From contig CAXHJY010001768.1 in assembly GCA_964016885.1 (NCBI GenBank), positions 124,001-188,000 of the forward strand: 64,000 nt of DNA, written 5' to 3'. The DNA comes from Eledone cirrhosa (lineage: Eukaryota). Under the pieces are notes generated by a model. It searched no databases. It had not been told where the DNA came from and was given only the letters and a program-made list of their open reading frames with translations. Positions 43,577 through 56,624 of the stretch are shown here, in pieces; positions within the stretch are counted from its first letter, which is position 1; the number at the start of each line of letters is the position of its first letter. Position numbers and translations under genes: made by a program.

Positions 43577-43898
43577 TTTACGTCCACTTTTCCCTGCTTG
43601 CAAGGGTGGGATGGGAACTGATTCTGGCTTGATTTCTACAGCTGGATGCCCTTCCTAACACCAACCTCATTTACAGTGAGTGCTGGGTGCTTTTTGCCGT
43701 GGCACCTACACGACCACTTTACAGTGGAATGATATGGACCCCAGTCCCTATCATCTCATTTCTACAGCTGAGTAAACTGGAGCAATGTGAAATAAAGTGT
43801 CTTGCTCAAGGAAACAACACATCACCCGGTCTGAGAATTGAACTCACAACCTTTCGATTGCAAGGCCAATTCTCTAACCACTAAGCCATGTGCCTCCA
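43577..43898 (-). mobile_element. SINE family A, full head
   Basis: Ends CTAAGCCATGTGCCTCC. Confidence 0.9.
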
Positions 43899-44157
43899 TT
43901 ATATATATATATGTATGTATATGTGTATATATATATATGTGTGCATCTAAATATACGTATCTATATATGTATATACATATATATCTATATGTGTGTGTAT
44001 GCATGTATGTATGTGTTTGTATATATATGTAATGTATATAGCGTCAGTTGTGATGCAACCCTTATCTCCAGATCTTCCTGGGGTACAGCCAAGATGTCAG
44101 TACCAACCAAAACACTCTCCTCTTTATCCAAATATTGTTCTAGCTCTCACATACTTC

Positions 44158-44620
44158 TATTCATGCTTCCCCTATATACACTTCCTTCTACATTTACCCA
44201 CACACACATACACATACATACACACACATTCATGCATCCCCTATATACACTTCCTTCTACATTTACCCACACACACATACACACACATACACACACATTC
44301 ATGCATCCCCTATATACACTTCCTTCTACATTTACCCACACACACATACAAACACACACAAACACATTCATGCTTCTTCTATATACACTTCCTTCTACAT
44401 TTATCCACACAACCACACACATACACAGACACAAACACTCACACACACATATATACACACACACACATTCATGCTTCTATATACACTTCCTTCTACATTT
44501 AACCCGCCCCCCCCCCACACACACACACACAAACACACATTCATGCTTCTATATACACTTCCTTCTACATTTACCCACACACACATACACACACACATAC
44601 ATACACACATTCATGCACAC
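44158..44620. repeat. ~65-70-bp minisatellite with (CA) spacers
   Basis: ATTCATGC..CTATATACACTTCCTTCTACATTTA repeated 6 times. Confidence 0.85.
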
Positions 44621-46564
44621 ACTCGTTCATACACACACACACTTACACATTCACACACACATTCAACCACACACACACACACACATACACATTCACACAC
44701 ACACACTCACATTCAACTACACACACATACACATTCACTCACACACACAATGCATTCAACCAAAATAAAAATGTTTTCCCATTAACAAAATGGCCACAGT
44801 TTGTAGTGAGTGTAGAAGATGAATGGAAACTTTGGACCATTAAAATTGACAGTCTAGTATATTACTAGTATAATGGAATGGACCTCTGTTGGTGTCATGG
44901 ATAAGTCTTCCAATTGTTTGATCAATGGAACTGCCTGGTCATATCATTAACTTGTAAGTGGCTGAGCATTCCACAGACTAGTGAACCCCTTAACATAATT
45001 CTTAGGGAGATACAGCTTGGCACAGTATGTGACAAGGCTAGATCATTCTATGTACTATACATGCACCTTTGATGAGTTGTAGTGCACCTGAGCATTGAAC
45101 ACAATAATTTCATTATTATTATTATTATTATTGTTTTACAGGTACAGTCCATCTGATGGGCTTCCAAACAGTTTGTCTGCTGAATTTCACTCACAAAGCA
45201 TAGATTGATCTGAGGCTATGGTAAATTACACATGCCCAAGGTGCCACCCAGTGAGATAATTAAGACCTATGAGAGGGAGGTCCAGTCGGTACTTTATTCT
45301 GGGGCCAAAAGCTAAGAATACCCCACAGCAACCATGCAGCATCCATTTTGAGAAAAATCTTTGCCTGCTTTGGGCCCAAAAGGGGTCTTGGGCCGCGTTG
45401 CAAAATTTGTCTTGGAAGCAACCTCCTTAATCATTTTACTATGCTGTATCCATATTACTGGTCCTCTAAACATTTGAATTAACAAACTTGTTTTTAGATA
45501 TTTTCTACCAAGCCGTTATCGAGTGCAGAGGAGTTGTCGTGTCTTATGACACAAACTGAAGGACCCTCCTAACCCCTTATATATATAAGCATGCAGGAGT
45601 TTTAACAAAAAAACAATTTAACCTAATACCAACCACCACCACAACGTCCATTACCAATACCACAACCACTGCCGATTACAACAACAACAACACAATCTCT
45701 GCAACAAATACCATAGCCTCCACCAGAATTTTTAGCTGTTCTTGCAAGTTACACATCACATGACCATTTTCCCATAATCATCTTCTTTTGATTTTTATCA
45801 GGTTAGTCGGTCCATGTTCACTTGAAACTGTTTCATCTCCTTCTGTCACTATAACCTTATCACCCTCATTACCACCCACCACCAACCCCTCATACACCAT
45901 CAATCCCTTAATATCGATCACCATTACCAACTACATCCTCATACCCTCACCCCACCAACACTACCATCATTATGACTACTAACATCATTGCAACCACCAT
46001 CTTCATCACCGACCCCATCTTTACTACCACACCACCACTGCCATCCACATTGCCACAACAGCCATCATCATCACAACCACCACCCTCATCATCAAAAACA
46101 CTATCATCATCATCACAATCTTAATCACCATAATCAACCCCATCTTCACCACCGCCTCTACCATGTTAACACCCTCCCTCATTCAACAGTCAATTATTAT
46201 TAATCCTCAGCCAACTAGATTATCCCTTTGAAAATATCAGCCAGGATTAATAGTTCCCTTGAAAAGATTGACCCCTGAGAAACCCCTAGTTTCAGGCAAC
46301 CTACAAATATAACTTAACTGCATATGTTAACCTTAAGAACCCCAAAACAACCTTAAACAATGTCAGGACATTATCCCTAGGGCTAAAGGAACTACAAAAT
46401 AATACTTCAGTGGCAAGGGATCAGATATAGCAACAATTTAATCATAAATCTCAGAAGTGGACCAACACAGTACTGTAAACATTTGTACTTAATGAGCCTC
46501 TACATAATCACTCACCCAGCTAGACATAGTAACCAAATCTCCTTCAAACCACACCCAACCATCT

Positions 46565-47030
46565 TTAACCCTTTCGTTATTATATTTCTAATGAAATACT
46601 TTGCATTTTAATTATTTAAGGAAGAATTTGGGAAGGATTTACTAAAATACTAAAATTATAATTTTATTAAGATGATATTTGTAGCATATCAAATTGCTCT
46701 TATATAAAATTATGTTGGAAAGTTTTAATTTAAGTATGAGCCCTTTAAAATGAATGGTTTTGTTTCATTGAAACAGTGGCGGTTGTAAGTATTAACCCTT
46801 TCAAACCACATTTCTAATAAAATACACTGTTTTAATTAATAAATGAAGAATTTCAAGGGATTTACTAGAATTATTAATTATTTCATTATTAACATAGTAA
46901 TTTAATGTAGGGTTCTTATATAAAATTATGTTGGGAGACTTTAATTTAAAGTAGAAACCTTTAAAATGGATGGTTTTATTTCATAGAACCCGAGCTGGAT
47001 TTAGCAGGGTTAGTAACTAAAGGATTAAAG
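46565..47030. mobile_element. piggyBac-like MITE family 2 (two tandem degenerate copies)
   Basis: TTAACCCTTTC starts at 46565 and ~46792; homologous to 1-110, 305-420 and 63145-63622. Confidence 0.6.
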
Positions 47031-47126
47031 AGTTAAAAAGGTAGGGTACATAGGACAATGTAACCCTAGTTAAAATATGTTTGAAAATAAAATAGGTTCT
47101 CTCTTGTTGGAATGCTTTTGATCATA

Positions 47127-47464
47127 CAAGGGTCAGCTAAAAAGTTCATAGGCTGACTATGAAGCAGTGATGTTAGCGCTGCGATATCTTGCATGCATTA
47201 ATTTCAACTCTCTTATTAATATCTACATTGTTTCTTTCCAGGGACTATGTTGAAAAATAAACCTCATTTGGGCATTCCATGAGAGTGTCTTGGTCAACCC
47301 ATTAAAGTCTGATGCTAGAGCTGTGAAATCTTGCATGCATCAATTTCAACTCTTCTCATCAATAACTACATTGTTTCTTTCCAGGAACTATGTTGAAAAA
47401 TAAACCTCATTTGGTCATTCTATGAGAGTATCTTGGTCAGCCTATGAACTTTCCAGCCGGCCCA
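47127..47464. mobile_element. Mariner-derived MITE with internal tandem duplication
   Basis: TIR AGGGTCAGCTAAAAAGTTCATAGGCTGAC / GTCAGCCTATGAACTTTCCAGCCGGCCC; ~140-bp duplicated interior. Confidence 0.75.
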
Positions 47465-47809
47465 CCTATGTCTGCTGACTATAAAGTCCCCTCTCTTTCC
47501 CTAATAATAACTGAAATCAGAATCCAATATCTTTAGAAATCAAAGAAGAGAGTGAGAGAGGTGATAGAATGGACAGAAGACCACACAATGACCTTGCAGT
47601 ATTCCTGCCAGGGTTAAGTTAGCTTCATCTTTCTATGGTGGATGAATATAATCCCGAGCCACCATATGTATTTTGAGACCATGAATTTACACCTAGAAAG
47701 TTCCTCTCTACAAACTGCCAGAAGGCTGACTAAGCATACAAAGGTGTAAGCCATAACAATAACTCCTTCCATCCATCAACTCTTGAATCACATAAGGTGC
47801 TCTCTCCAT

Positions 47810-48320
47810 TCCTCACTATCAACGGTGGTGTGCTCCAAGGTTCCACTATGTCTCTTACACTTTTCTTTCCTTACATAAATAACTTACTCACCGTATATAT
47901 TTGAATATAAGCCAAGAAATATGTGACCAAAACATCGATGATAAAATTGTGGGAGGGGTCGGCTTATATATGCCATCTAAAAAAATGTGTTGATTAGCTG
48001 CCTCGGCTTATAAACGGGGTTTAAATTTCTGCCCATTTCTCAGACATAAAATAAGAGGGGCAGCTTATATTCAAATATATACAGTAACATTATATATAAC
48101 AACAGAACCTACACACACACACTCCTACACAGATGATACCACCATCTTTCATTCATCCTTAACATTCTGTACACACACACACACACACACAGCATCCACA
48201 CAAAACCTAGACACACCATACCACACGCCAGACATGCACTGTTTCCACGAACACACAGAAAGAGACCTTGAAAACATCCTTCATATATAGTTTCCTCAAC
48301 AGCTCAAAGATACAATCTCT
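47810..48320 (+). pseudogene. Ancient L2/CR1-group RT fragment interrupted by a MITE
   Basis: INGGVLQGSTMSLTLF..YINNL, HSYTDDTTI, ERDLENI and FLNSSKIQ motifs in order. Confidence 0.55.
47891..48086. mobile_element. pogo-like MITE family (CCGTATATACTCGAATATAAG-type TIR)
   Basis: TIR CCGTATATATTTGAATATAAGC / GCTTATATTCAAATATATACAG. Confidence 0.75.
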
Positions 48321-48819
48321 ATGTATATAACAGGAACAGTCTTCTACTGCTAATAACCCTCACTATCACTACCGCCACCATCATCATCATCACTACTACC
48401 AGCACCACCACTACAATGACAACCACTACTACCATCTTTATTACCACAGCAACCAGCTCCACCACTATTACAACAACCACCACTACTACCACCACCCATA
48501 CAACAATAACCACAATTACCACCACCAACGCCACCACCATTACCACAACCACCAACTACACAAGTACTATCACCACCATTACAGCAACCATCACCATTAT
48601 GACAACCACCACAATAACCACAACTACCATCACCACCATTACAACTATAATCACCACTACTACCACCTACACCACAATAACCATAACTATCATCACCATT
48701 ACAACAACCATCACCACGACCACCAACATTACAACTACCATCACCACCACTACAACTACCACCATACAACAGACCTATGAATGAATAAAACACCCAACTA
48801 CACTCATCAAAGTCAATAT

Positions 48820-48955
48820 AAAGACTAGATACCACCATCTCAAACAAACCTAGACCTCTGAAAATATAAAGACTTGATACCACCATCTCTAACAAACCTA
48901 GACCTCTGAAAATATAAAGACTTGATACCACCATCTTGAAACCTAGACCTCTCAA
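48820..48955. repeat. ~48-bp tandem repeat x3
   Basis: ATATAAAGACT.GATACCACCATCT..AAACCTAGACCTCT units. Confidence 0.85.
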
Positions 48956-49330
48956 AAGTCTCTCTGGTGTTCTAACGTGACCCATCTTTTGTTCCTCTGT
49001 TCAACCTACAGATGTTCAAACTGAACATTGGCCACATCAATCTCACTAGCCTGTGAGGGACTGCAAAGGTCACCAGTAATACATCCCTACTCATTGACTT
49101 ACCAATTAAAAAATACATATAAATACTGATTTAAACACTGATATTTATATACATATACACATGTACATACAAAGGAAATACATATGTAAATTATTTATAT
49201 ATATATATATATATACATGTACATATATATACATATATATATATATTTGCATAAGTGTGTATATATAAATATATATGTATGTATGTATATATATATATAT
49301 ATATATATATGCATATCCATATGTGTATTA

Positions 49331-49364
<34 letters not shown>

Positions 49365-49459
49365 AATGCAAAGACACACATACACAGAAACAAGACGCAC
49401 ACACAGAAACTGTCTGAGAAAGCTATGATTAAGATAAATACATTAAGCATTGCCGCCGC

Positions 49460-49690
49460 CACTCTCCCATTCTCCCCCACCACCCTCTCGCTCTCCACCA
49501 CCACCCTCTCGTTCTCCACCACCACCCTCTCGTTCTCCCTCACCACCGCCCTCTCGTTCTCCACCACTGCCCTCTCATTCTCCCCCACCACCCTCTCGTT
49601 CTCCACCACCACCCTCTCGTTCTCCCCCACCACCCTCTCGTTCTCCACCACCACCCTCTCGTTCTCCCCCACCACCCTCTTGTTCTCCAC
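49460..49690. repeat. 21-bp minisatellite (CACCACCCTCTCGTTCTCCAC)n
   Basis: About 11 units. Confidence 0.9.
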
Positions 49691-49890
49691 ACACATACAC
49701 ACAGAATTAGGTTACTCCCACTATTTCTAAATGTTAAGAGGGCTGCATGTACTGACATAGTCTGTGATGTGTAGAACTGTGCTTGTGTAACTATGTGTGT
49801 GTGTGAAGTAATGGTTAGCTGTGTGTGTGTGTGTGTGAAGTAATGGTTAGCTGTGTGTGTGTGTGTGTGTGTGTGTGAAGTAATGGTTAG

Positions 49891-49930
<40 letters not shown>

Positions 49931-50541
49931 TAATGGTTAGCTGTACCTGTGTGTATGTGTATGTGTAGCTGTGTGTATGTGTGTAGCTGCATGTATATGT
50001 GTATGCAACTGCACACTTGTCTATGTGTAACTGCATGTTTGGTTTATGTGTGTATGCAGCAGAAGGTTGTAGTACATATATGTGTGTGTGTGTGGGTCTA
50101 TATGTAACTGTGTGTATATATGTGTGTCAGGAATATTACATAACATTTGTCTAATATTCCACAACACAGACAAGATCTGTTGTTGTTGTTGTATAGATTC
50201 CTCAAGGAGTGGGTAGAGTATCAATGCTGGTACAATAGATCAATGTCACTCTTGTTATATAGTTCCTTTGAAAGTGAGGATCAATCCTGATATTTTAGGT
50301 TAGGGGGTCAATATACTATGTCATGCAGTCCATATGCAGCCCACAGATTCATTTCATCCATCCTTTAGACATCATTGAGTATATGACATTGTATATAAAA
50401 ATTGTTTTCCTAACTAATCATTGGTTAGTACAATCTTTGTAATATTTTCACTAATCTACTTCATTCATATTCATCATTCTGTGTTGAATTTCTGAGCCTG
50501 CTCTCACTTTGCAAAAGATTTTTTTTTTTTTTTTTAACAGT

Positions 50542-50760
50542 TACTATATATACTCAAATATAAGCCAATACAAATAAAAGCCCACCATTTTATGCCTGAG
50601 AAATGGGCAAAAATCAAAATTTTATTTATGTAGAATTTGAAGTTGGTGAAAATCATCAAAATATTGCCCCCCCCCCCCCCTCCCCAATATAAGCTGACCC
50701 CATTCTACCATCGAATTTTTGGTCACATATTACTCACTTTATATTCAAGTATATACAGTA
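50542..50760. mobile_element. pogo-like MITE
   Basis: TACTATATATACTCAAATATAAGC ... TATATTCAAGTATATACAGTA. Confidence 0.8.
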
Positions 50761-51303
50761 AACGATGTTATGGTATTAAGATATACTTGCTCTTTTGGTT
50801 ATTCTTTATATCATATGTGAAAACATTTACATTATTCTATGCTAAACACATAATGAAAAACATCAAAATAATTTTTTAAACAAAAAAAAAAGCTTCTTCC
50901 ATAGTTTTGTATGATCATGGTTCTATCTTTGACTTGCCGTGGCCCATAAGGCAAAATATTTCCATATCAGTCCATCTCCAAACAAGTTTGCCGATCTCTT
51001 TATTAAATCAATATGAAACCTGGAATGTTTTCATTAATGATTGCTATAGAGTGTCTACTTTCAGCCATTGCCTTTTTGTGTCACTGTTAAATACTTTATA
51101 TACCTGTGTATAAGTTAGAACTTCATTTTACATACATTTACAATCATCATCATCTTTGTTTATCATATATTTTCCATGTTTCCGTGGTTTTGACAGATTG
51201 TCATGTCATGTTCTGAAACTAGACCAGTCAGGTGACCACATCTTTCTCATACTCTCAGTTTTGAGCTTGGTTACTATGGCTGGATGCCCTACCTAATGTC
51301 AAT

Positions 51304-51510
51304 TACTGTTTATACTTGAATATAGGCCAAGGAGTGTGACCGGAGGGGGGGGGGGGTGAAAAAAAAAAATCGATGGTATTGGCCAATATTTGAGATCAAT
51401 ATTTTGATGATTTTCACCAACTTCAAATCCTATGTAAATAAGGTTTGAATGTTTGCCCATTTCTCAGACATAAAATGGTGGGGTCAACTTATATTCAAGT
51501 TTATATGGTA
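51304..51510. mobile_element. pogo-like MITE (opposite orientation)
   Basis: Same TIRs and interior as 50542-50760, inverted. Confidence 0.8.
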
Positions 51511-51859
51511 ACTTACTGTATGTACTGACTGAGAGTATTTTATTATGGCACCAGCACAACCAGCTTACAACAGGGTGGACTGGGTGCTTTTTATCAAAGC
51601 ACCAGCACAATGCATCATATATTTCGAATTGAGGTTTTGTTAGATCCAGTAGATAAGTTATATACTAGTTTTCACGTATTTTCATGGAAAAAGTTGTGGA
51701 TTATACACAAGTATATCTGGTGCTTTCTTGACTTACTACTATTCTGTTCAGCTTTACTTAGTATCAGACCACCAAAGCCATCGGAGGGTTTGTGCCTATA
51801 ATTCATAGGTCCAGCCGTGTCAGACATTGTATTATACTTATTCAGCTTGGTTATTACAT

Positions 51860-52085
51860 TAACCCTTTAGCATTTAAACTGCCATATCTGGCCAGAATTT
51901 CTCACATCTTTCTGTTCAAACTGCCTCTAATGGCTGTTCATACTGATGTTAAGGTATTGTTCTCAAAATAAATAACAACAAAATCTCATAGATTCAATAT
52001 TATGTGAGATAATTATGTGAGGTAAAACCTTTTACCATAAAAATATAATAGTTTATATTGAGTAATGTAAATGCTTAAGGGTTAA
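51860..52085. mobile_element. piggyBac-like MITE family 1
   Basis: TTAA-CCCTTTAGCATTT ... AAATGCTTAAGGG-TTAA. Confidence 0.85.
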
Positions 52086-52544
52086 AGATACATATGTCTG
52101 TGGAATACTCAACCACTTATATGTTAATGAGTTAAATGTCCAGTTATTCAAACAACAAATGCTCATTGCTCAATCCAGCAAAATATCGTTGGAGAGGTGT
52201 GTGAATAAATGGCATTCATTTAACAGGGGAGGTTTATCAGGGAAACCCTCATCATCATCATCACCAAAGTAGTAGCAACAGTAGAGGAAGAAGAATATAA
52301 AATGAGAATATTTTAAACAAAATAGAAAGTGTGTGAGTGTGTATGTACACGTGTGTGTGTGCATGTGTGTATGTGCATGTATGAATGCATACGAATGCAT
52401 GTAAGTACAAGTGTGTGAACAAATATATGTACATGTATGTATGTACATGCATGCATATATGTATGTACATATGTATGTACATGTATTTATATATGTATGT
52501 GCATGTATGTACATGTATTTATATATGTATGTGCATGTATGTGT

Positions 52545-53152
52545 CAGGTCACCAGTTGGTGCTACTGGTAACATGTATCCCAGTACAACCTGTCTCATGG
52601 TCGGGTCGTTGGCGACTAAACTGGCAACCCCACCAAGGTTTCTTGGTGAGGAGGGTGACTTTGGACATCCTGCAGGACTAAAAACAAAACCTGTCAAAGG
52701 GCAAAGGAGCTCTTAAGAGTCAATGGCCATCCGAAATCACCGGGAGAGATGACCCCTTAGCCTTTGTCAAGGCAGAATTCTAGGAGAAGGAAAACTCTGA
52801 TATAACACCTGCAACCCTGATGGTATCCAATGATGTTGACTTGTTCTTCTTTTTGGTAAATATCATCTTGGTTAAGAGAGTGGGACTGGCTTTGTGCAGA
52901 GCCTTTGCTCACTATAAAAGCTTCACGGCACAGGCATTGCTTTATATCTGGAGATCTCTCTGCACTTGTCGTCACATGGTACCAAAGGCAAAGCACTATG
53001 TGTCAATAATTGTCACAAGTGTAGTGTTTGTACCAGAGTTTTCAAGTCGCTGGCTGGACTAAAAAGTCACACTCGTTCAGCATATCGGTAGGGGTTCTCC
53101 TACATGGATATAAAGTAGTGGCCATACTCGAAAACGAGTTGGCAGCCACCAT
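52545..53152 (+). mobile_element. Bipartite non-autonomous RTE element (5'UTR + C2H2-encoding 3' end)
   Basis: RTE-like 5' motifs GGCGACTAAACTGGCAACCCC and GGAGAAGGAAAACTCTGA; HKCSVCTRVFKSLAGLKSH at ~53015-53075. Confidence 0.55.
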
Positions 53153-53759
53153 GTGCATGTATGTATATACATGTAAGTGTGTGTGTGTATAAATTTATAT
53201 GTGGGCATCATCATGTGTATAGATGTACACAGATATGCATGCATGTATACAGATATGCATATGTGTTTATGGATGCATGTGTGTAGGTGTACACATATGC
53301 ATGTGTGTATACGAATATGTATGTGTGTATGCAGATGCATGTGTGCATACAAATATGCATGCGTGTGCAGATGCATGTGTGTATGCAGATGCATGTGTGT
53401 ATATATATGGATGTGTTAGTGTTTCTCCACTTCTCTTAATGACAATAATTGCAGTGGACAGACTCCGTCATATGAGGAAGAGGAAGTGAGCCGTGGATGG
53501 AGAAGGGACTGAAGGAGGAGAAGAAACAGAAGACTCCAAGTACCATATAAAGGTAAGGAGGGAGTAGGGAGATGGAATATGCCCCCTTCCCTCCCCATCA
53601 TCTCTTCTCAACATCCTCTTCCTTATGTCTCACAGATTTTCTAGAATGTTCCTGACATAGAGTGATGGAGGGGAGAAGATTGCAGAGAAGACAACATGTT
53701 GACTATACGGAACTTAACGGAAATGGTGGGAAATTACTGGGTGTATAAATATACATATA

Positions 53760-54207
53760 TATATAGAGAGAGAGAGAGTGGGGGGGGGGGGTAATATCCT
53801 AGTGTGTGTGAATATAGAGGGGGGAGAGAAAGAGCAAGGGGTAATTATATCTTAGTATGAAAGTATAGAGAGAGAGAGAGAGAGAGAGAGATAAAGAGAG
53901 AGAATAATATCCTAGTGTGTGAGAGTGTATGGAAAGTGGATAGAGAGGTTTTAGTGTAAGTGTGTGGTGGAGAGAGATAGAGAGAGGAATAGAGGGAGAG
54001 AGAGAGTGAAAGAGATATAGAGGGGAAGAGAGAGAGAGAGGGGAAGAGAGAGATATAGAGGAAGATAGATAGATAGATAGAGAGAGGGGAATAGAGGGAG
54101 AGAGAGAGAGTAAGAGAGAGGGGAAGAGAGAGATATAGAGGAAGATAGAGAGAGAGAGAGGGGAATAGAGGGAGAGAGAGAGTGAGAGGAAGAGAGAGAT
54201 ATAGAAG

Positions 54208-54240
<33 letters not shown>
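53760..54240. repeat. (GA)n-rich tract
   Basis: Purine-rich microsatellite. Confidence 0.9.
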
Positions 54241-54243
<3 letters not shown>

Positions 54244-54539
54244 TTACAGCGTGTAAGATTGATTTGGATTTGTAAGGAAAGAATTGATAGGTGCCACACT
54301 AACAAATACACAAAATACCATCATCACGTTTCTATCATATTGGACAGCTATGGGTTTCACACACCACCATCACTCTCCTTCTGGTTGGTCCAGAAATGTA
54401 TGCGTATATATATATACACATACATACATGCATATGCATACATATATACATATACATACAAATATATACTTAAGCATACATACATATACATACAGATATA
54501 TACTTACAAATATATACATAAGCATACATACATATATAC

Positions 54540-54571
<32 letters not shown>

Positions 54572-54736
54572 TTATACATATAAATATATACATACATACA
54601 CATTCATACATACATATACATACATTCATACAAACACATATTCATATATATATATATAGTTAGACAGGAACAAAAACCTGAGAGGCAGTACAAATGGTAG
54701 TTTATTAGGTTCACACTTTTGTGAGTGGGGGTGGGG

Positions 54737-54772
54737 GACGACGTTTCGGGCATAAGCTCTTCATCAGGAGAA
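54737..54772 (-). ncRNA. Minimal hammerhead-like core in a Penelope-like end
   Basis: CTGATGA-A-GAGC-TTAT-GCCC-GAAAC-GTCGTC; stem I not evident. Confidence 0.4.
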
Positions 54773-54929
54773 TAGTGGGTAGGAAGAGAGTTCCGAGGGT
54801 GTTGGAAAGACATTTAAAAAAAAGAGGGGGAGAGAAAAGGGAGGAAAAACGATATTTTTAGAAGTACAAATAAAAATAAAAATATATAGATATATATATT
54901 TGAAAAAGTAAGTCCCGTGTGACTAAAAA

Positions 54930-55615
54930 CATGAATGAATAAAATATATGGCCAAAGATAGGAAAAATGAACCAATACAGACATTATTCCCATCTCATCA
55001 GTTGACCGCTAGAGATATGTTGTTTTGATGCTTTAAGGTCAATGCAACTGGCTCTAGTGAACAAGGGACAGTCAGAAATGGACAAAAGACAAGACGATAG
55101 TCTTAACAACTATTTACAAATAATTGTTTCTACTTTTGGCACAAGGTCAGCAATTACCCCAGTGTATTACTAGTACTTTATTTTATCGACCCCGTAAGGA
55201 TGAAAGGCAAAGTTAACCTCGGCGGGATTTGAACTCAGACCATAAAGGGTCGTAACTCTATGCTGCAAAGCATGGCGTCAGACCCTCTACCAACACTCCC
55301 AATCCACCGCCCTATTTACAAATAATGTACAAAGAACAGTAACAAATGGATAGTCTAATAGATACGTTGGGTTTCATCAATATCTTTTCAGTAGCAGATC
55401 ATTGGGTTACTGGCAAATTTGCTATTATTTGTAAATAGTTGTTAAAACTATCGTCTTGTCTTTTGTCCATTTCTGACTGTCCCTTATTCACTAGAGCCAG
55501 TTGTATTGACCTTAAAGCATCAAAACAGCGTATCCCTAGCAGTCAACTGATGAGATGGGGCTTCTGTTTGTATTCCTTCATTTTCCTGTCTGCACCCATA
55601 TTTTTTATTCATTTT
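54930..55615. repeat. ~190-bp inverted repeat (foldback element) with SINE B inserted
   Basis: 54930-55123 is the reverse complement of 55426-55615. Confidence 0.8.
55125..55311 (-). mobile_element. SINE family B with 15-bp TSD
   Basis: TSD CTATTTACAAATAAT at 55110-55124 and 55312-55326. Confidence 0.9.
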
Positions 55616-56038
55616 ACATATATATATATATATATATATATACATTCAATTATACATACATACACATGTATCATTATGAAATATGGCAGAGATTATGCAA
55701 CAGCCTAATACATACAAACATATATATGAACATGAAAAATATACATACACATACATATATACACGCACACACATATACTATTACTATGATTCTATGTACA
55801 TATGGGAAGAGAGAGAGTATAAACATGATGTATACACCCTCTTGTTAAAGGTATGGTTCCAATTCAAGCTTTTTCTAGTCATAAATTTAATCTGGTGCAG
55901 ATTCGGTTAATGAACCAACAAATATAGATATGTTGGAGCTAGGGAGAGGAAACATATACATACATACAATAAATATGGTTGTATATATTTTAAAGATAAA
56001 CATATTCTATCTTGCTATCCACTCTGCATGTGTTGATG

Positions 56039-56236
56039 TACTGTATATACTCAAATATAAGTCGACTGAACAATTTTATGTTTAAGAAATGGACAAAAAT
56101 CCAAACCTTATTTACATAGAATTTGAAGTTGATGAAAAATCGTCAAAATATTAACCTCGAATATAAGTTGACCCCTTCTTCTGCCATCGATTTTTTAGTT
56201 ACATATTCCTTGTCTTATATTCAAGTATATACAGTA
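56039..56236. mobile_element. pogo-like MITE
   Basis: TACTGTATATACTCAAATATAAG ... CTTATATTCAAGTATATACAGTA. Confidence 0.85.
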
Positions 56237-56624
56237 AATGATGTTATGGTATTAAGATATACTTGCTCTTTTGGTTATTTTTTATATCACAAATGAAAAC
56301 ATTTACATTATTCTATGCTAAACATTTTATTCGAGTATATACGGTGTGTGTAAATAGAAGCATCAATCAAACTCCAAGGGATTTTGGAAGAGACAGTGCT
56401 AGGTCTACAATAGAAGAGAGATACACCACCACAAGGATCTATCACAAATAACATTTCTCCTGGTGGCCTTATGATATATATATATTGTTGGTAACAGCTA
56501 GGTGTGAACATAGGTTATGTAGAAAATAGAGCACAACATGAAACTGATATATATCCACTTTACCACCGAGATTGGACACCATACTATGATGGGTAAATGC
56601 GATATTGTGAGGGTAGAGGACCTG

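Noticed and set aside
48985-49060. Polypyrimidine-CAG acceptor followed by a short putative exon
   Set aside because: No recognisable protein and no partner exons; needs RNA-seq.
55505-55560. Permuted (type II) hammerhead: CATC-AAAAC..CTGATGA-GATG
   Set aside because: GAAA is absent in both arms of the foldback and no stem I forms.
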